Program-made: the position numbers and the translations under genes | The notes under the pieces: model-generated | What the model was told of the DNA's origin: nothing | Database searches by the model: none | What the model saw: only the letters and a program-made list of their open reading frames with translations | Assembly: GCA_947084965.1 (NCBI GenBank) | Contig: CAMTUG010000004.1 | Span: 87,490 to 151,489 of the forward strand | DNA: 64,000 bases | Direction: 5' to 3' | DNA from: an uncultured Parcubacteria group bacterium | GTDB taxonomy: Bacteria > Patescibacteriota > Patescibacteriia > UBA9934 > CAMTUG01 | Part shown: one piece after another, positions 61,263 through 64,000 of the stretch | Layout of the letters: the number at the start of each line of letters is the position of its first letter | Numbering within the stretch: the stretch's first letter is position 1

Positions 61263-62636
61263 TTGATGTGTTGTATGAAAAACACACAAGGTGGCGTGAC
61301 GACCCAGGTGGGGATTACACGCACAAAACACGAACAGGACAGGTCGGCGGTTCCAGAGGCCGTTAAGTACTGCCTTTACGCTCGTAAGAGTAGCGAATCG
61401 GCAGAACGTCAGGTTCTCTCGATCGATTCGCAGACCAAAGAAATGTTGCAGATCGCAGAACGTGACGGGCTGAATGTGGTGGAAATCAAGCGTGAAAGTC
61501 ACTCGGCTAAGGCTACTGGCGAGCGTCCGGTTTTTAACGAACTTTTGCGGGATGTCCGTGAGAAAAAGTTCAACGGAATCCTGACGTGGGCACCGGATCG
61601 ACTAAGCCGTAACGCGGGTGACCTCGGAGCAGTAGTCGACCTGATAGACCAAGGACTGCTTGTAGAGATTCGGACGCACGGACAGACATTCAGTAACAAT
61701 CCAAACGAGAAGTATCTGCTGATGATTCTTGGCTCAACGGCTAAACTCGAAAACGATCACCGAGGAGAAAACGTAAAACGTGGGCTTCGCACGCGAGTCG
61801 AGATGGGATTCTGGCCGGGCATGGCACCAATCGGATACTCTGATCAAAACTTAATGGATAAGAAGGGTCAAAAGCTCCTCGATCCTGTGCGAGCACCGAT
61901 CGTAAAGCAGATGTTTGAGAAAGTCGCCTACGAAAAATGGAGCGGACGAAAGCTCTACAACTGGCTCAAGCACGATTTGAACTTCAAGACGCGCGGCAAT
62001 AAAACACTAACGCTCAGTGGTATCTACCGCATCTTCGAGAATCCCTTCTACCATGGGCGGTTCGAGTTTCCACGCAACACTGGGAACTGGTACGAAGGAA
62101 AGCACAAACCAATCATCACGAAGGAGCTGTTCGATCTGGCCCATGTTCAATTAAAACGCGATCAGATCGTGCGGGAGAACAAGGAGTTCGCCTTCACCAA
62201 ACTGTTCACGTGTGGACAATGTGGGTCGGGAATGTCGGCACAAGAAAAGTACAAGCAACGGAAGGACGGTGGCCACACGCGATATGTCTACTATGGCTGT
62301 ACGCGTTCGCGGGATCGCAACTGCACCAATCCGTATATCAGAGAAGATGAGCTGATCGTAGAGCTACTGAAAATCATCGATGAAATCGATATCAACGAGC
62401 TTGGATTGAAAATAAAACTCGAAGAAGAAATAAAACGCTTTAGCCGCTTCGAACGATTGTTCCGTGGTGGAACGTCTGTGCCGGAAGGAACTACAGAGGA
62501 GATGGACGTCCGTGCGTACATGAAGTATCTCCTACGCGAAGGAAGCATGTCGGAGAAGCGAGAATTGCTTGGGAACCTAAGATCTAGACTACTCTGCACT
62601 AACAAACAGGTCTCAGTCATTGATCGAAGCAACTAG
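61263..62636 (+). CDS. Large serine recombinase
   Basis: YARKSSE; DRLSRN; recombinase domain; CGQCG/YYGC zinc ribbon. Confidence 0.93.
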   Translation: MMCCMKNTQGGVTTQVGITRTKHEQDRSAVPEAVKYCLYARKSSESAERQVLSIDSQTKEMLQIAERDGLNVVEIKRESHSAKATGERPVFNELLRDVREKKFNGILTWAPDRLSRNAGDLGAVVDLIDQGLLVEIRTHGQTFSNNPNEKYLLMILGSTAKLENDHRGENVKRGLRTRVEMGFWPGMAPIGYSDQNLMDKKGQKLLDPVRAPIVKQMFEKVAYEKWSGRKLYNWLKHDLNFKTRGNKTLTLSGIYRIFENPFYHGRFEFPRNTGNWYEGKHKPIITKELFDLAHVQLKRDQIVRENKEFAFTKLFTCGQCGSGMSAQEKYKQRKDGGHTRYVYYGCTRSRDRNCTNPYIREDELIVELLKIIDEIDINELGLKIKLEEEIKRFSRFERLFRGGTSVPEGTTEEMDVRAYMKYLLREGSMSEKRELLGNLRSRLLCTNKQVSVIDRSN

Positions 62637-64000
62637 AATCTCGTAATGTTCGTGGAATACGGAATCCATCATTTCCAGAAGGTACTGCACATTCTTTTGG
62701 GTTTCAGGAACCAAAGACGGATCAAACCCAGCGCCCGTTATGTGTGACTGATCGTTCGTGTATTTATAGATCGCTGTCTTTTTGTTTTCATCGAAAGTCA
62801 GAGCTTCCATCTTTTTATAAAGCGTCTGATTGCTTGGGACTCTAAACATCAAAAATGTTTCCAAAACCTTTCGGGCGATATTAGGAATATGGTAGACGGA
62901 AGCGATACTTCCATCGGTCTCAAATTGATGCAAAATCTTGAACAAGTAATGATACTCGCTCTCATGGTTCCTTAAATCTTTGTCGAGTTCAGCTAAATAG
63001 GCGGTTCTTCCTTCTGAGGCTGAATACTGATTTTTGATCATGTAATATTTACTCCCACCCGTCTTGCTGAGCCAGTTTAAGATCAACTTCAAAAAATCAA
63101 AATTGTGAGTCAATAGAAAGACCTGCCTCGCGTCCTTTACTGCATTCTTGAGGTAAGCAAACGCTTGAAAAAGAGAATTGGAATCCAAACTAGAGATCGG
63201 ATCATCAACGACGATGATTCCGTTCTCCAGATCAAAATCCTGATCCTTGAGTTGGATAACAAAGTATAGGAAGGCGACTGCCGTCTTTTCACCCTCGCTC
63301 AAATTTTTGGCAAGTATGCCATTTCGTTTTATCAGGTAACCGCCATCCGGAGCAACCTCGAAAACTATTTCGTTTCTTCCAAGAAACGTTCCCAATTCCT
63401 TGTTTAGAGAATCACAGGCTCTGTGTTCCGAAGATATCTTTCCTTTGTTGTCGTTGATTCTTTTCTTCAGTGCCGAAATACCAAGAAAGCTCTCGTCGCC
63501 AGCATCCCCTTTTTCAAGTCGATGGATTTCCTTTGAGGCTGCGGCAATCTCATTGTCCAAAGCCTTCACTTCTTCAAAGATCGTGCTCAAGTGATGCTGT
63601 TTGAGTAGCTCGGCAGCCTTATCCTTCTCTGACTGAAAGTTATCACTTTTTTGGTTGTGTTGATCCACCAACTCATTAAGTGAAGCGACAGCTTCCTTAA
63701 AGTTATTGCTGAGCGACTTGGAAAAGGATAACGACTCGGTCGTCTTTTGTTTTTTGTTGGTCAGAATCTCAACCATCGCTAAAAGCTCAGCGCAAGAATT
63801 CTCCTTCTCTTGGTTGTAAGACATTACCCTCGAGGCGAATTTTGTTTGCAGATCGTTGTAAAATTGCGCCTTGTCGGGCACCTGCCTATTTTGTACAGCT
63901 TGAATGAAACCCTGTAGATGCGTGATCTGGGAGTCGATTCTGCTCTTCAGTTTTTTGTCGGCCTCATTGAAGTGACCAAGAAGCGCCTCGACTCTTCCGG
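62613..64000 (-). CDS. AAA_13/RloC-like ABC ATPase (5' end outside the window)
   Basis: LSEGEK; VVDDPISSLD; LTHN; coiled coil; C-terminal R..LE ... SH (HEPN-like). Confidence 0.8.
   Translation of the reverse strand, partial: GRVEALLGHFNEADKKLKSRIDSQITHLQGFIQAVQNRQVPDKAQFYNDLQTKFASRVMSYNQEKENSCAELLAMVEILTNKKQKTTESLSFSKSLSNNFKEAVASLNELVDQHNQKSDNFQSEKDKAAELLKQHHLSTIFEEVKALDNEIAAASKEIHRLEKGDAGDESFLGISALKKRINDNKGKISSEHRACDSLNKELGTFLGRNEIVFEVAPDGGYLIKRNGILAKNLSEGEKTAVAFLYFVIQLKDQDFDLENGIIVVDDPISSLDSNSLFQAFAYLKNAVKDARQVFLLTHNFDFLKLILNWLSKTGGSKYYMIKNQYSASEGRTAYLAELDKDLRNHESEYHYLFKILHQFETDGSIASVYHIPNIARKVLETFLMFRVPSNQTLYKKMEALTFDENKKTAIYKYTNDQSHITGAGFDPSLVPETQKNVQYLLEMMDSVFHEHYEILVASIND

Overview
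This looks like a chromosomal segment from a CPR/Patescibacteria-type bacterium. The assignment is inferred from the gene set: a large surface protein, an ECF sigma/anti-sigma pair, four-helix-bundle genes, and smpB-tmRNA-infC-rpmI-rplT. Core genes are roughly 50-55% GC by eye and mostly lack Shine-Dalgarno (SD) motifs. Three layers are visible. (1) Ten very GC-rich genes (about 65-72% by eye) in about eight transcription units are scattered through 12.6-39.5 kb. Each gene has a strong SD, and each unit has a TTGACA-like/17 bp/-10 promoter in AT-rich DNA and a GC hairpin at its end. They encode Myxococcota-style acidic Cys-repeat lipoproteins, a probable outer-membrane beta-barrel, a MotA/MotB(ZorAB)-like pair and a POT peptide transporter. 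(2) Several families of ~7-mer inverted-repeat elements occur, some enclosing four-helix-bundle genes and some empty; there is also a palindrome-flanked RAYT. (3) An island from ~40 kb to the window end carries methylases, terminase genes without structural genes, DUF2779, GmrSD, a complete diversity-generating retroelement (DGR), type I R-M, a serine recombinase and an AAA/RloC-like ATPase. The DGR is unusual: avd is inverted and overlaps the RT gene head-to-head across a (CT)18 microsatellite that appears to set the reading frame of both. All product calls come from motif recognition by eye; no searches were run.
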